The position numbers and the translations under genes were made by a program. This document shows positions 25,991 to 38,828 of a DNA stretch of 64,000 nt, in pieces. Position 1 is the first letter of the stretch. Each line of letters opens with the position of its first letter. The stretch comes from Octopus sinensis (lineage: Eukaryota): NCBI RefSeq assembly GCF_006345805.1, contig NC_043014.1:41416001-41480000 (forward strand), in the 5' to 3' direction. A model generated the notes under the pieces. It searched no databases. It was given only the letters and a program-made list of their open reading frames with translations, and was not told the DNA's origin.

Positions 25991-26778
25991 GCAGACACAC
26001 ACGTCCCACTCTCTCACCTTTCTCTTTTTTCTCTCTCCTCTTCTTTCACTTTTACTCTCTTTCTCACTCTATCTTTCTCTCTTTATTCCTTCCTTATTAA
26101 CTTCACATTTCTCTGACTGACTTATGTGTGCATGTATGTATATGTATATATACGTATTTATATATATGTATGTATGCATGTGTGTGCGTGTGTGTATGAG
26201 TGTGTGTGTGTGTGTCTGTGTGTGTGTGTATGTGTGTGTATGGTATAAGTTGTCTAGGGACATAGATTGGCACAGAAACGTAAAACAAAGGCAAGTCGGA
26301 ACTGGGTAGTAATTCTAGTCTTGTTTTGTGTGTTCTTCTAAAAGAATGAGAAGTATGAACGTCTTACCGTATTCAAAGTGAAGGTCTGATTGGTTCTGGC
26401 ATAAAGGAGTGATTGTCTTACCTTGGCGGTACCCGCTCGCGATACCAACGCTTCCTCTGACATTTTCTATCATACTTTTTCCGCTTCTATCGCTTCCACC
26501 CCAACAAGCACACACACAAACACACACACACATACACACGCATATATATATATATATACACACTCGCACACTCACATACACATGCAGATTTATATTTAAG
26601 TATACATATATACGTATATGCTTATGTGTGTGTTTATGTGTATGTATGTATATATCTGACATTTTCTATAACACTTTTCCATTTCTATCGCTTCCATCAC
26701 AACACACACACACACACACACACATATACAAGTGTACATATATACCCATATGTTTATATATGTTTGTATGTATATATA

Positions 26779-26811
<33 letters not shown>

Positions 26812-27265
26812 GCTATGTATATATATATATATGTATGTATGTATGTATATATATAGTTATATTTATTTATTCACGTATGTATATATATGTGTGTGTGTGT
26901 ATCTGTGTGTAAATATGCATATGAATATATATATAGATATATATATACATATATATGTATATGCATGTATATATATGTATGTTTATATATGTATAGAAAT
27001 ATATGTATATACATATACATGCATACATTAATATAAATACATGCATGCATACATATATGTGTGTGTGTATGCGTGTGTGTCTAAGGCCAACTTGTAGAAC
27101 CGTTTGAACACCGGACAAAATGCTTTGTAGCATTTCACCCTTTTATACGTTGAGTTAAAATTCGCCAAATTTGGCTTTTCCATTCATTCTTTGGTGGACA
27201 AAGGAATCAACTTATCTCCCCCAACCCACAAAATATAGCAGGCCTAATATCGTAGTAAATAGACT

Positions 27266-27512
<247 letters not shown>

Positions 27513-27855
27513 CTTTCATCCATGACCTTATGGTAGAATTTATAATTTATTCAATCTGAATCAGATTTCGGCCATAGCCCCTGTTTTCTGACACAGAAAA
27601 TTTGTGGCTAGATAGATATACACACAGACTCACATATATATGCATTATATTCCTTCGTATATATAAGTCATATGTATCATTATATTGTATATATCGTATT
27701 GGTTTATTATTTTTAATCGGTAGAAGGTTAGAAAATCGAGTCACAACGCTGCTAGTTTTTTGCCCTGGCCGTTCATCAAGCTTGATAAGTGCTACGAACG
27801 AAACACGCTGCCCTTGTGTAACTTTTGTAATTTTCTGCTGATTAAAAACGGTAGT

Positions 27856-28300
27856 CTCTTATATAAAATCCATTCTGTTTGTCTGTCTCTCTTTGTGTCT
27901 TCATGGATATCGGGCTTCCTCCATCCGATTGCGCTGAAATTTCATATGTAGATACAGACGGTATCAGGGCGTATATAAGTCTTGAAAAAATTGCAAAAAT
28001 CGATTCCAGATGAGAATGCGATCGATAAAGCCGTTTTTGTCCTGCTTTTCTTCCGTCAACCTGTGTATAACTGCAGCTTCCATTTTTTTGTTGTTTTTGT
28101 ACTGCTTAAAGACACGTTTCTTTCCTGCCAAGCTTACTGTTTAAACCATATTTCTGTTCGCCCAGTCAACAGCCTTATCACTTACTGGTACTTTAAACTC
28201 TTCGGTTGCATATTTGTGTGAATAAAATCGGAATATTCTTCGGAAGAGAAAAAAAGTCTATCTATATTTCTCTTTTTGCTGGTGTCTCAAATTTAGGTTA
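27856..28300 (+). mobile_element. Helitron-like 5' fragment
   Basis: tcttatataaaa..tgtttgtctgtc..ccgattgcgctgaaattt has the same 5' architecture as 43706-44071. No 3' CTAG end was found. Confidence 0.45.
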
Positions 28301-28695
28301 AATCAGTGTTTCTCAAAGGGGAGGCCTATGGGACGGTGGGACAAGTTGTTTTGAGAAAATTTGGTTTAAATGTTTGACAACTCAGCACCGTCCATAGGAC
28401 GGGGGCGGCTTTTGCTTGTGCTTCATATTGATATACTGAGTTCCTTTCTTGTAGTAGTACAAACCATCGCATTAACTGATAAAAAATACTTATGGTAAAC
28501 TATAAATTTTTGTTATACTACTGAAGTCCACAAATATTTTGAATACAACAATTTTATAGAGTCAAAACGCTTCGTTCTTTCTTCCCTTTCTAAATCAAAT
28601 ATTGAATACAAAGTTGAATTCACTTTGCCTTTAAAACAAGCAACAAGCTACATCCTTTCTCTCTTATATCGTCACACGCCATAGACATATTTGAA

Positions 28696-29114
28696 GGATC
28701 TTTTCGGTTTGAACGGCAGTTTTTAACATAATTTCTAGGTAACTAAAAAATTTTTAACTTCCTATACTGGTAGAATGTGTTTATAAAACATCTTTTTCTC
28801 TTGGCTTTATTGAGAAAATTCTATAGTTTGTAAGATATTTGTTGCTTTTTTCTTCAATTTCTGCAATTTCAACCAATCAGTGACGTCTATTGAGTTAAAA
28901 AGCATTCTGTGCCGTATGAATACGTCCTTCGTTTAAGAAACAGATTGGGTTTATTTACATTTGTGAAGAGAGAAAATACCCCTCCCCACCCCTAACACTA
29001 ACCCTAACCCTAAAAGAGATTGAAATGCAATAGATCGATTCTAGGATCATAATTATGGGTGACAATTTTATATGACACCGCTAGAAAAAACTGCCGTTCA
29101 AACTGAAAAAAACC
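28696..29114. mobile_element. MITE with GG..CC termini and 8-bp TSD (Merlin-like)
   Basis: ~29-bp TIRs ggatcttttcggtttgaacggcagttttt / aaaaactgccgttcaaactgaaaaaaacc. TSD tatttgaa at 28688-28695 and 29115-29122. Internal ccctaa repeats at 28991-29013. Confidence 0.85.
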
Positions 29115-29659
29115 TATTTGAATTATATTTACATTACTATTTATATTTTTTTTAGGTTTAATTTTAGGGTTTAATTCTGCACTGTCCATTGGACGGTGGG
29201 CATTTTGCTCGTAATGTATATATGTATAGTTCAAATTTGTCCTGTTTATTCAACCAAACCTATATCATATATTTTACACACACATACACACACACTCCAC
29301 ACGTAGTAAACACAGACGAACACTTACTGTATGCCGAGTTCACACTCACTTCTAAACTGTGTGTGTTTCCTTATTTAACTTATTGGCGAAGAACACCAAC
29401 GATGTTATCTGCTGTAAATGAACGACTCCACGTACAACAGTTTGTCGCCATAACCTTAACCTTGCAATGGTGGCTCGTTTAATTGTACGATGTAGTTAAG
29501 GTTTGTATTGTAGTTTGTAGTGATATAGAAACGTTTACATGCTTAACTTCTATTCACATTCGTCTGAAATCATAAGAAAAAAAAATCAATAGAAATATGG
29601 TTACTAAAATCCTATCACAATATAAGAATGCACCCCCCACCCACATACATAGATATACA

Positions 29660-29842
29660 AACACACACACACAGATATACATATATATATGTATATGCAT
29701 ATAAATATGTATACCTATGAATATGCATATATATATATATACATATGGCATATATATATATGTATATACATATGGCATATATATATATTTATATGTATGT
29801 ATATATATATGTGTATATATATATATGTATATATATATATGT

Positions 29843-29874
<32 letters not shown>

Positions 29875-29880
29875 GTAATG

Positions 29881-29911
<31 letters not shown>

Positions 29912-30011
29912 GTTATATATATATATTTATATTCATATATAACTAGATAGATAAATAAATGTAAATATTCATATATAAAACAACAAATGTCATATAGGTG
30001 TATATATATGC

Positions 30012-30086
<75 letters not shown>

Positions 30087-30196
30087 ATAATATATGTATA
30101 TATATATGTGTGTATATATATATGTATATAATATGCATATGTATCTATATATATGTATATGTATATAAATGTACGTGTGTCTATATGTAATAAATA

Positions 30197-30271
<75 letters not shown>

Positions 30272-30300
30272 TATATATATACTATAATTCATATACATAC
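29660..30300. repeat. (TA)n-rich low-complexity tract
   Basis: Direct inspection. Confidence 0.9.
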
Positions 30301-30741
30301 ACTAGCTATGTGTGTGGTAGATATCAGTCTGTGTTTTCTTTTTATTCAGCTCTTACACATACGAAGAATGTGTATATTTGTATGTATGAATGTATGTGTG
30401 TGGGCTTGTATATGAAAGAGAGAAAATGAGAAGAGGAATGTGTGTGTAGGTGTGCGTGTGTGTCTCTATGAGTTTGTGTGTTTTTGTATGAGTGTAATTG
30501 TATTGAAAAGCTACACTAAGTAACACAACACACGTATATGTTACAACTTCGTACAGCTTTTATGCTATAAACACACAGAAATCATATACGAATGTGTGTG
30601 TGTGTCATTGTCTCAGTATGTGCCCCGATTTTTCCGGATGTGTGTAAGTGTGTAACTGTGTGAAACACTGGGAAAGAAAGTGAAAGTGTGAGACAGATCA
30701 AGCAAAATTGTGTGTATGGATATGTGAGTGTCTGTGCGCTT

Positions 30742-30788
<47 letters not shown>

Positions 30789-31334
30789 GGAGGAGAGAGA
30801 AAGAGAGAGATGGTGGAGCGCGGAAAGAGGATTGTAGACTAGAAGCCTGGTTGATATTTCCCAAGACGATATTATAACACGCCAACTTACATCGCACAAA
30901 TCCGATAAAACATAACAACAACAATACGCCGCTCAACAAGCACAATAGCAACAATATCAACAACAAAAATAAAAAAATAAAAACACCAACGACGATGACA
31001 ACAAGGCTATAAGCTTTACCTATAAGTTTTGAACCATGAAATTCCTTAAGCGAACTCCTCCATCCAATACAATAATATCACAGACTGCATTTCGTCTAGA
31101 ATTCCGCTAGAATTTGCCACAAGTATTCCACAGTATATTCTATAGGCATAAACAATGGCGTGTTATTAACATTGTTTGATATAAAGCCTCTTTTGATATA
31201 AACAACGGCTGATCTATATACTCTCTCACAATTTTAAGGAGTAAAATAACGTAAACACGGATCAAGGAGTTCAGCTTTCTGAACCCCGTTTTCGCATTGT
31301 ATTGCATTAACATTATCATTATTTCATTATATCA

Positions 31335-31383
<49 letters not shown>

Positions 31384-31497
31384 AATTATTATTATTTCAT
31401 TATCATTATTATTATTATTATTTCATTATTTTTATCATTATTCTTATCATTGTTATTATATTATTATTATTATATTATTATTATTATTATTTATTAT

Positions 31498-31597
31498 NNN
31501 NNNNNNNNNNNNNNNNNNNNNNNNNNNNNNNNNNNNNNNNNNNNNNNNNNNNNNNNNNNNNNNNNNNNNNNNNNNNNNNNNNNNNNNNNNNNNNNNN
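31498..31597. other. Assembly gap (exactly 100 N), preceded by a degenerate (ATT)n tract
   Basis: N run. A round size suggests an unsized scaffold join, so contiguity across it is not guaranteed. Confidence 0.98.
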
Positions 31598-32466
31598 TAT
31601 AATTAGATAAGTGGTACAACAAGGCACCAATATATATGTATGTGTGTATATATATTATATATGCATGTGTGTGTATATATTATATATGCATGTGAGTATA
31701 TATATATATATATTATACCTAACTCAGTCTGTTCATCTATCAGTCTAATTTCTGTCTGACGCTATTTAATTTAACTATGTGTCTCTCCGTATTGCATTCT
31801 CCTCTCTCTCCCTCCACCTCTCTCTCTCCTCTCCTCTCTCTCCCCCGCTCCCTCCCTCTCTATCTCCCCAAACAAACACATACGCATAAACACATACGCA
31901 TAAACCACGTTTTTCTGTCTATCAATTATCAATTCTATCATCAATAATTTGTCTACAACCAATCTCATAATAATGTTTTAGTGCATGTTTGTCAGTCTGA
32001 CTAGATATCAGTGTCAGTTGGCCAATTAAAGATGACAAGTTACAACTAGAGTGAAGAAACTTCACTTTTCGTACAATCAATAAAACAAGCTTCCGAAAGA
32101 ACAACAAGCAAACAAACAAACGCGAAACCGAAGCTAAGGTTAGCAGCAAAGAAAGAACTGTCCAACGAAGTGCTAATTTACGACCGCTTCCGCTATTGTG
32201 AGAATACTAGTATTATTAAATGTTTTAATTGTAAATTAAATTGGAATTAAACATTTTTTTAATTGTAAATTAAATATGTTTTAGCTATAAGGTGTATATA
32301 GGCGTAGTAGTGGCTATAGGCGCAGGCGTGACTGTGTGGCAAGAAAACTTGCTTACCATTCGTATGGTTCCGAGTTCAGTCTCAGTTCGTGGCATTTTGA
32401 GCAAGTGTCTTCTGCTATAGCTTCGGACCGGCCAAAGTCTTGTGAGTGGATTTGATAGACGGAAAT

Positions 32467-32522
<56 letters not shown>

Positions 32523-33068
32523 ATAGATAGATAGATAGATATGCCTATGTGTGTGTGTTTGACCCCACCCCTCCACTAGTGCGTGCCAACTGGAGTTGGT
32601 GTGTTTATATCCCCGTTGCTTAGAGGTTCGTTAAATAAGACCGATAGAATAGGTGCCAGTCTTACAATCGTCAAATAAAATTCTTCAAAGCGGTGCCCCA
32701 GCCTGACCGCAGTCAAATGACTGAAATAAGTAAAAGCTAAAAGAACTGTCCAACGAAGTGCTAATTTACGACCGCTTCCGCTATTGTGAGAATACTAGTA
32801 TTATTAAATGTTTTAATTGTAAATTAAATTGGAATTTAAATTTTTTAATTGTAAATTAAATATGTTTTAGCTGTAAGGTGTATATAGGCGCAGTGGTGGC
32901 TATAGGTGCAGGCGTGGCTGTGTGGCAAGAAAACTTACTTACCATTGGCATGGTTCCGAGTTCAGTCTCAGTTCGTGGCATTTTGAGCAAGTGTCTTCTG
33001 CTATAGCTTCGGACCGGCCAGACCCTTGTGAGTGGATCTGGCAGACGGAAACTGAAAGAAGCCCGTCG

Positions 33069-33101
<33 letters not shown>

Positions 33102-33102
33102 T

Positions 33103-33485
33103 GCATGTTTTCCCTACTGGGAATGACCAAGTTTAAGAAAATCTTACATTGTTTATAAACTCTATATTTGGATGGACTCATATTAAACTCTGCTGGACTT
33201 TTGGATTTTACTCAAAGGATATTGGAATATTACATATATACCATTCTGCCTATAAGACGGATTTACGAATTCAATAACCATACATATTTTACATCTATTT
33301 TCTTTCCTCCACCTCACTCTCTATTTTTATCAGATTGAAACTAACTATGACTTAATTTTTCCTCACACACCGTCTCCGATGAAGGGATATTATTAATTAA
33401 TATCCTAGAAACAGTTGTAAGACCTTATATCTATAAATGGTCTATCTACACAGCCTTGGATTTTTTATCTCATTACGCAAAAAAT

Positions 33486-33490
<5 letters not shown>
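33103..33490 (+). mobile_element. Penelope-like terminal-repeat fragment inserted in the (TA)n of a SINE B
   Basis: Absent from the paralogous copy at ~32490-32520. Flanked by TA runs. Contains a minimal hammerhead fold. Confidence 0.6.
33372..33423 (+). ncRNA. Minimal type I hammerhead ribozyme-like motif (variant core)
   Basis: Stem I GTCT/AGAC, core CCGATGA (33376-33382), stem II GGGATATTA/TAATATCCT, GAAA (33408-33411), stem III AC-agtt-GT, cleavage triplet GUA (33417-33419). Confidence 0.6.
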
Positions 33491-33546
<56 letters not shown>

Positions 33547-33554
33547 TAATATAT

Positions 33555-33589
<35 letters not shown>

Positions 33590-33875
33590 TAGATATAGAT
33601 ATAGATATGCGTATGTGTGGGTGTCACCTCACTCCCTCAACTAGTGCGTGCCAACTGGAGTTGGTGTATTTATATCCCCGTAGCCTAGAGGTTCGCTAAA
33701 TAAGACCGATAGTATAGTATAGGTGCCAGGCTTACAGTCGCCAAAAAAATTCATCAAAGCGGTGCCCCAGCTTGGCCGCAGTCAAATGACTGAAATAAGT
33801 AAAAGCTAAAAGATAAGATTAAGAATAAATTGGAATTAATGAATTTAAATTGAAAATTAAATTGGAATTTAAATT

Positions 33876-34025
33876 GCGCTGGCATGGCTGTGTGGTTAAG
33901 AAGCTTGCTTTGCCACCGCGTGGCTGCGTGTTCAGTCCCTGTGCGCAGCAATATGCTCAAGTGTTTTTATATCTTCCCCGGGTTAACCAACGCTTTGTGA
34001 AGTTTATTGGTAGACGGGAACTGTA
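33876..34025 (+). mobile_element. Old SINE family B 5' half
   Basis: ggctgtgtggttaagaagcttgc..gttcagtccc..ggtagacgggaactg. Confidence 0.7.
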
Positions 34026-34459
34026 TCATTGATAATAGTACAAGTTTGCGTCATTCTAAACAAGCTTTACGACGGAACCTTTACTTACTGAATTTATGTT
34101 CAGTTCTGTTCTGTGGGAGCGTGGTTATAGTGTGGCATGTAAGTGTAAGCCTGTATATGTATGCATACTACATACATGCATATATAAATACATAGATATA
34201 CGCACACACACACTCATATATATATACATACACACAGTATTACACAAAAACGTGCTCGCGCGTCACACACACACACACAAACACAAACTTACACCGGCAC
34301 ATTTACGCACGCACACGCTCACACATACTCAGACATATATATATATATATATATATACATTTATAAATATTTATATATATATATATACATTTATTTATAT
34401 ATATATACATATACATTTATATATATTTACATTTAAATATTCTTATGCATATATACACA

Positions 34460-34523
<64 letters not shown>

Positions 34524-34760
34524 TATACTTTATTTAAAAGCATCAGAAATGTAACAAAAGCTGTTACTCGGAGTTTAAAGTTCCCGTTCGTCCGACGAAA
34601 ATTCTTGCATAAGAAATCGTCCGACGAACGGGAACATGAAACTCTGAGTAACAGCTTTTGTTACATTTCTGCTGCTTTTAAATGAAGCATATTACTCTAC
34701 CTCTGGTATTTGAGTACTCTTTTTTCCACCTTGTTTCACATTTATGTGCTTACTCCGGCA
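34524..34760. mobile_element. Fold-back (inverted pLTR-like) element carrying a hammerhead-like motif, in (TA)n
   Basis: ~75-bp inverted arms at 34524-34598 and 34617-34691, with an unpaired extension to ~34760. The right arm reads CCGACGA-acgggaacat-GAAAC-tctga-GTA-acag. Confidence 0.7.
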
Positions 34761-35019
34761 TGTATGTATATATATATATATATATATACACATAAATATT
34801 TGTGTGGGAGTGTAAACATGGGTCGGGTGTATTAATTTGCCCAATTTAAAGCCTTTGAAGGATCAGAAGTTTAATTGGTTGCACATAATTGGGAGTGAAT
34901 ACCTAAAGATGGTGTAATGACTTTGGAATGATGTAACAAATATTTCGTGCAGGAATTTAGAATGAAAAAGTAAAAGCCAGAACAAGACGACAAGGGGTAC
35001 AGGGATGACGCCGCTTTCT

Positions 35020-35054
35020 TAGTAGTAGTAATAGTAGTAGTAGTAGTAGTAGTT

Positions 35055-35097
<43 letters not shown>
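35020..35097. repeat. (AGT)n microsatellite
   Basis: Direct inspection. Confidence 0.95.
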
Positions 35098-35662
35098 CAA
35101 CAGCGGTGTTATCAATAGCAGTACAAATGCGGGTTATTTTGTTCTCGCTAAGGTAAATATATTTTCAATATGGTCGCTGTTTTCTTATTTTTCCTTCAAG
35201 CATTTTCCTAAGCAGTGATCAGGAAAAGATGTCATCCTAGGTAAAAATCAGGGTTTTGTTCACTTGAGGCACTCGCTGATGCTCTCTCTGTATATCCAAT
35301 CTAACAGGATATAGTACGTAATTTTGATGTATTTGATCTAAATATTTAGGACTTGTATTAAGATTTAAAAATTTGTGATGAAGTACAGATAATTGTATTC
35401 ATTCTAGTTGCGTATCGCTTTTACCAATTTTTATCACGATTTGTTCTTGTTTAACCCTTGGTCAGCTCTCATAGGGAAGATCAGTGATCAAAAGGCAATA
35501 TAGCATTAACGATCCCGTCTTTCGTGTGTTTGTAAATCAAAGACAGTATATCTAGCGTATAATTCGATTAGACATTCTCCCTTTTTTAAAACGACAGAGT
35601 GTGGTTTAAGTGAGATTTGGCTGCTAGTTCTAGAACGTCAAGTGACTATATACAGACTCGCT

Positions 35663-36024
35663 TCGTCTGCCGTTACGTTCTGAGTTCAAATTCCGCCGAG
35701 GTCGTCTTTGCCTTTCATCCTTTCGGGGTCAATAAATTAAGTACCAGTTACGCACTGGGGTCGATGTAATCGGCTTAATTCGTTTGTCTGTCCTTGTTTA
35801 TCCTCTCTGTGTTTAGCCCCTTGTGGGTAGTAAAGAAATAGGTATTTCGTCTGCCGTTACGTTCTGAGTTCAAATTCCGCCGAGGTCGATATTGCCTTTC
35901 ATCCTTTCAGGGTCGATAAATTAAGTGCCAGTTACGCACTGAGGTCGATATAATCGACTTAATCCGTGTGTCTGTCCTTGTTTGTCCTCTCTGTGTTTAG
36001 CCCCTTGTGGGTAATAAAGAAACA
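35663..36024 (+). mobile_element. SINE family A dimer lacking the 5' head
   Basis: Two bodies joined at gtaaagaaata|ggtatttcgtc (~35840). A single 16-bp TSD tatatacagactcgct at 35647-35662 and 36025-36040. Confidence 0.92.
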
Positions 36025-37684
36025 TATATACAGACTCGCTCGTTAGCTAAGTTAAATATATATGAGTACATTACCGCAGGAATGGCCGTTTGGTTAAAAC
36101 GTTCGCTTCGCAACTACATTGTTTTGGGTTCGGTCTCACTACAACAAACAGCTTCAGATCGTGTTTCTATTATAATAGCAACATCTCAAAAGCAATTATC
36201 CATAACTTTTATATGCAACCCGGAATGATTCCACTTAAGGAAACATCTTTAAATTTCTTAAATGTTAAAATGAGATATTTTATATAAAAACCTGCTGTAA
36301 ATGTATTTGTAGCTCTATGTTCCAGCGACACGGTATCTGTTTTCGGGGCATAAATACAAGTCTATGTATGCCCTTTATAATGTGTATAAGAGCATATTAA
36401 AATATTTATTCAATTGCTGAAAAAGAAATTAATGACTCACGTGATATTTTGTTTTTTGTTGTGATAGTTACGTATGCACCTTTTGCATGTCAGTTTGTCA
36501 GTAGGCGAATGTCTGATTATGCATATGCGTATATATATATATATATATGTGTGTGTGTATATTATGTGTATATGAGCGCCTGCGAATATTTTGTGTGTGA
36601 TAAATGTTCGTCTAAGCGTTTTTTGAGTCACCCAAATATCAACGAATCTTCATCATGTAGAAAACAGTTTTGTGCCACCATCTGTCTTTAAATCCTTATG
36701 CAACCTAAAATATGTGAATCGTTCCAGCAAAACGGGGCGATGAGTGAGCTGAATGTTATGTTGTTTTTTTTCCTCCCTAACAGACATCCGGAAGTGGTGC
36801 ACCTGCCATGGTTAGGAAAATATGATTCCATAAATTAAACATTTATAAAATAAACACGCGATTTCTCAAATAAAACAATAATATATTGAAATGATAAAAA
36901 AAAAAACTTTAAAACACGAAACACCCAAACACAAACATATTTTAAGGTACAAGCTGTGAATATCATCATCATTCGTGGAATTTGCCAATCTGTATTATTT
37001 TTTGTCGCTTTCACATCCTTCTCTAATGATTTATCAGTGTTCCATGAATGTAGAATAGAATGAAATAAAATAAAATAAAATAAAATAACAAAATTCAGTT
37101 AATTAATTTAATGAGCAAGCAAATATATAATTACATAAACAGCCGTACGGGATATCCAGCAGTCGAGATTTTTGTAACTTATTAAACAAACAAAAAAAAA
37201 AAAGAAAAAAGACTGATACATAAGATAATTTATATGCTATGAGCATGCGGAAAAAGAAAATTTTAAAAAGGGGTGCTATATATTTGTTCGACCTATTAGG
37301 AATATCAACAAAATCTGCATGAAATCACATTGTATCGTCTGTCTCAAAGAAAGTTGCATAAATTAAACTGGCGTTTCCCAAAATAATTTATTTTTGTTTG
37401 GGATTCCCTGGAGGCGCAGAAAGTAATTCCAGATACGTTCCGTTTCGCAGGGATTTCCTATATAAAACGCATTTGTCTTTCCTTTTTATAACATTAAACT
37501 TCATAAGACACTAACAAATTATTATAAACTACCACCGAAAGGTTTAGACGTCATGAAGAATATTTGCAAATGATCTCTCGCCTCCCTGTATGGAATTACT
37601 TCCATCGTTGTGTCATTCAGAGTTGTTTAATAAATGTGTCTATGAATGCTTATATATATATATATATTCCTCTTTTATGTTGCA

Positions 37685-37849
37685 TTCTTTTACCGAACCA
37701 CTAACTTACGGGGACAAAAGCATACCAACACCGGTTATCAAGCGGGATGGGGGACAAATGCAGATACAGAGGTACCACAATACGTGTGTGTGTGTGAGTA
37801 CGCATGTGCGTGCGTCTGTATATGTACGTGTTGTATATATATATATATA

Positions 37850-37894
<45 letters not shown>

Positions 37895-38045
37895 TGTATG
37901 TATTATATATGCATACGACGAGCTTCTTTCTATTACTGTCTACTAATCCATTCAAAAGGGCTTTGATAGGTGTGAGACTACTGTAGAAGACACTTGCCTA
38001 AGGCTGCACGCAGTGGGGCTGAATCCGGAACCAAGTGGTTGGGGA
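37685..38045 (-). mobile_element. Old SINE family B
   Basis: ccgaaccactaacttacgggga ... gaagacacttgcctaagg..ccggaacc. Confidence 0.75.
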
Positions 38046-38614
38046 ATTTTCCTTCTTAGTTGTAGAAGGGAATCACATAAACGCTGTTCGCAACTCTCGC
38101 TCAAGAGAAAAGACAAGATTTCAATGAATTATGAATTAATTTCGAAAATTTAATTTACACAAATAGGAAGACTTAAGCTTGCAGCTAAATAAACAGTGGT
38201 TTTCATATGTGATACTGTTTATCGACAAATCGAACAAGCCCCACTTTGACTTGACTGGTCGTTCTGAGAGAGTGTGCCACGACCTACTGAAGTGTCACAA
38301 GGGAAATATATAGGTCTGCTTCGGGTTTTCAGAAAATTATAATTTAAAACTTGAGAGAATTCCTATTAATATTTAAGCATCTTAAAGAAGTATGTCTTAT
38401 AGAACATAGCCAACAGAAGATTTCTAAATAATTTAGTGTAGTATACTGATAACGTCATATAACTAATGTGAAGATCTTATGCTGTTTCATCCATTCCCGG
38501 ATATATTGTAAAACTATATTATCTGAGGTTTTTTCAAAAATGTTTGAATACCTGAGATTTAATGAGAGTAAACCATAGAGATAACATCACAGATTTCAAA
38601 AGAATATGCCTGTG

Positions 38615-38615
<1 letters not shown>

Positions 38616-38658
<43 letters not shown>

Positions 38659-38693
38659 TATATATATACATACATATATATATACATATATAT

Positions 38694-38724
<31 letters not shown>

Positions 38725-38743
38725 ATATATAATATATATATAT

Positions 38744-38798
<55 letters not shown>

Positions 38799-38828
38799 AC
38801 ATATATATATGCACATGTATGTATATAT
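38616..38828. repeat. (TA)n/(CA)n microsatellite
   Basis: Direct inspection. Confidence 0.9.

Larger units (their letters stand above)
32152..33812 (+). repeat. Tandem duplication of ~590 bp (unique flank plus SINE B); copy 2 carries a ~390-bp insertion
   Basis: aagaactgtccaacgaagtgctaatttacg starts at ~32152 and ~32741. SINE B copies at 32317-32740 and 32903-33812. Confidence 0.9.

Noticed and set aside
28991-29013. Interstitial telomere or chromosome-fusion scar
   Set aside because: There are only about 4 imperfect units and they lie inside a TSD-bounded MITE.
30880-31010. Minus-strand hydrophobic stretch ending at a GTAAGT donor (TM-like exon)
   Set aside because: The hydrophobicity comes from decayed (GTT)n/T-rich sequence, and there is no clear acceptor or recognisable domain.
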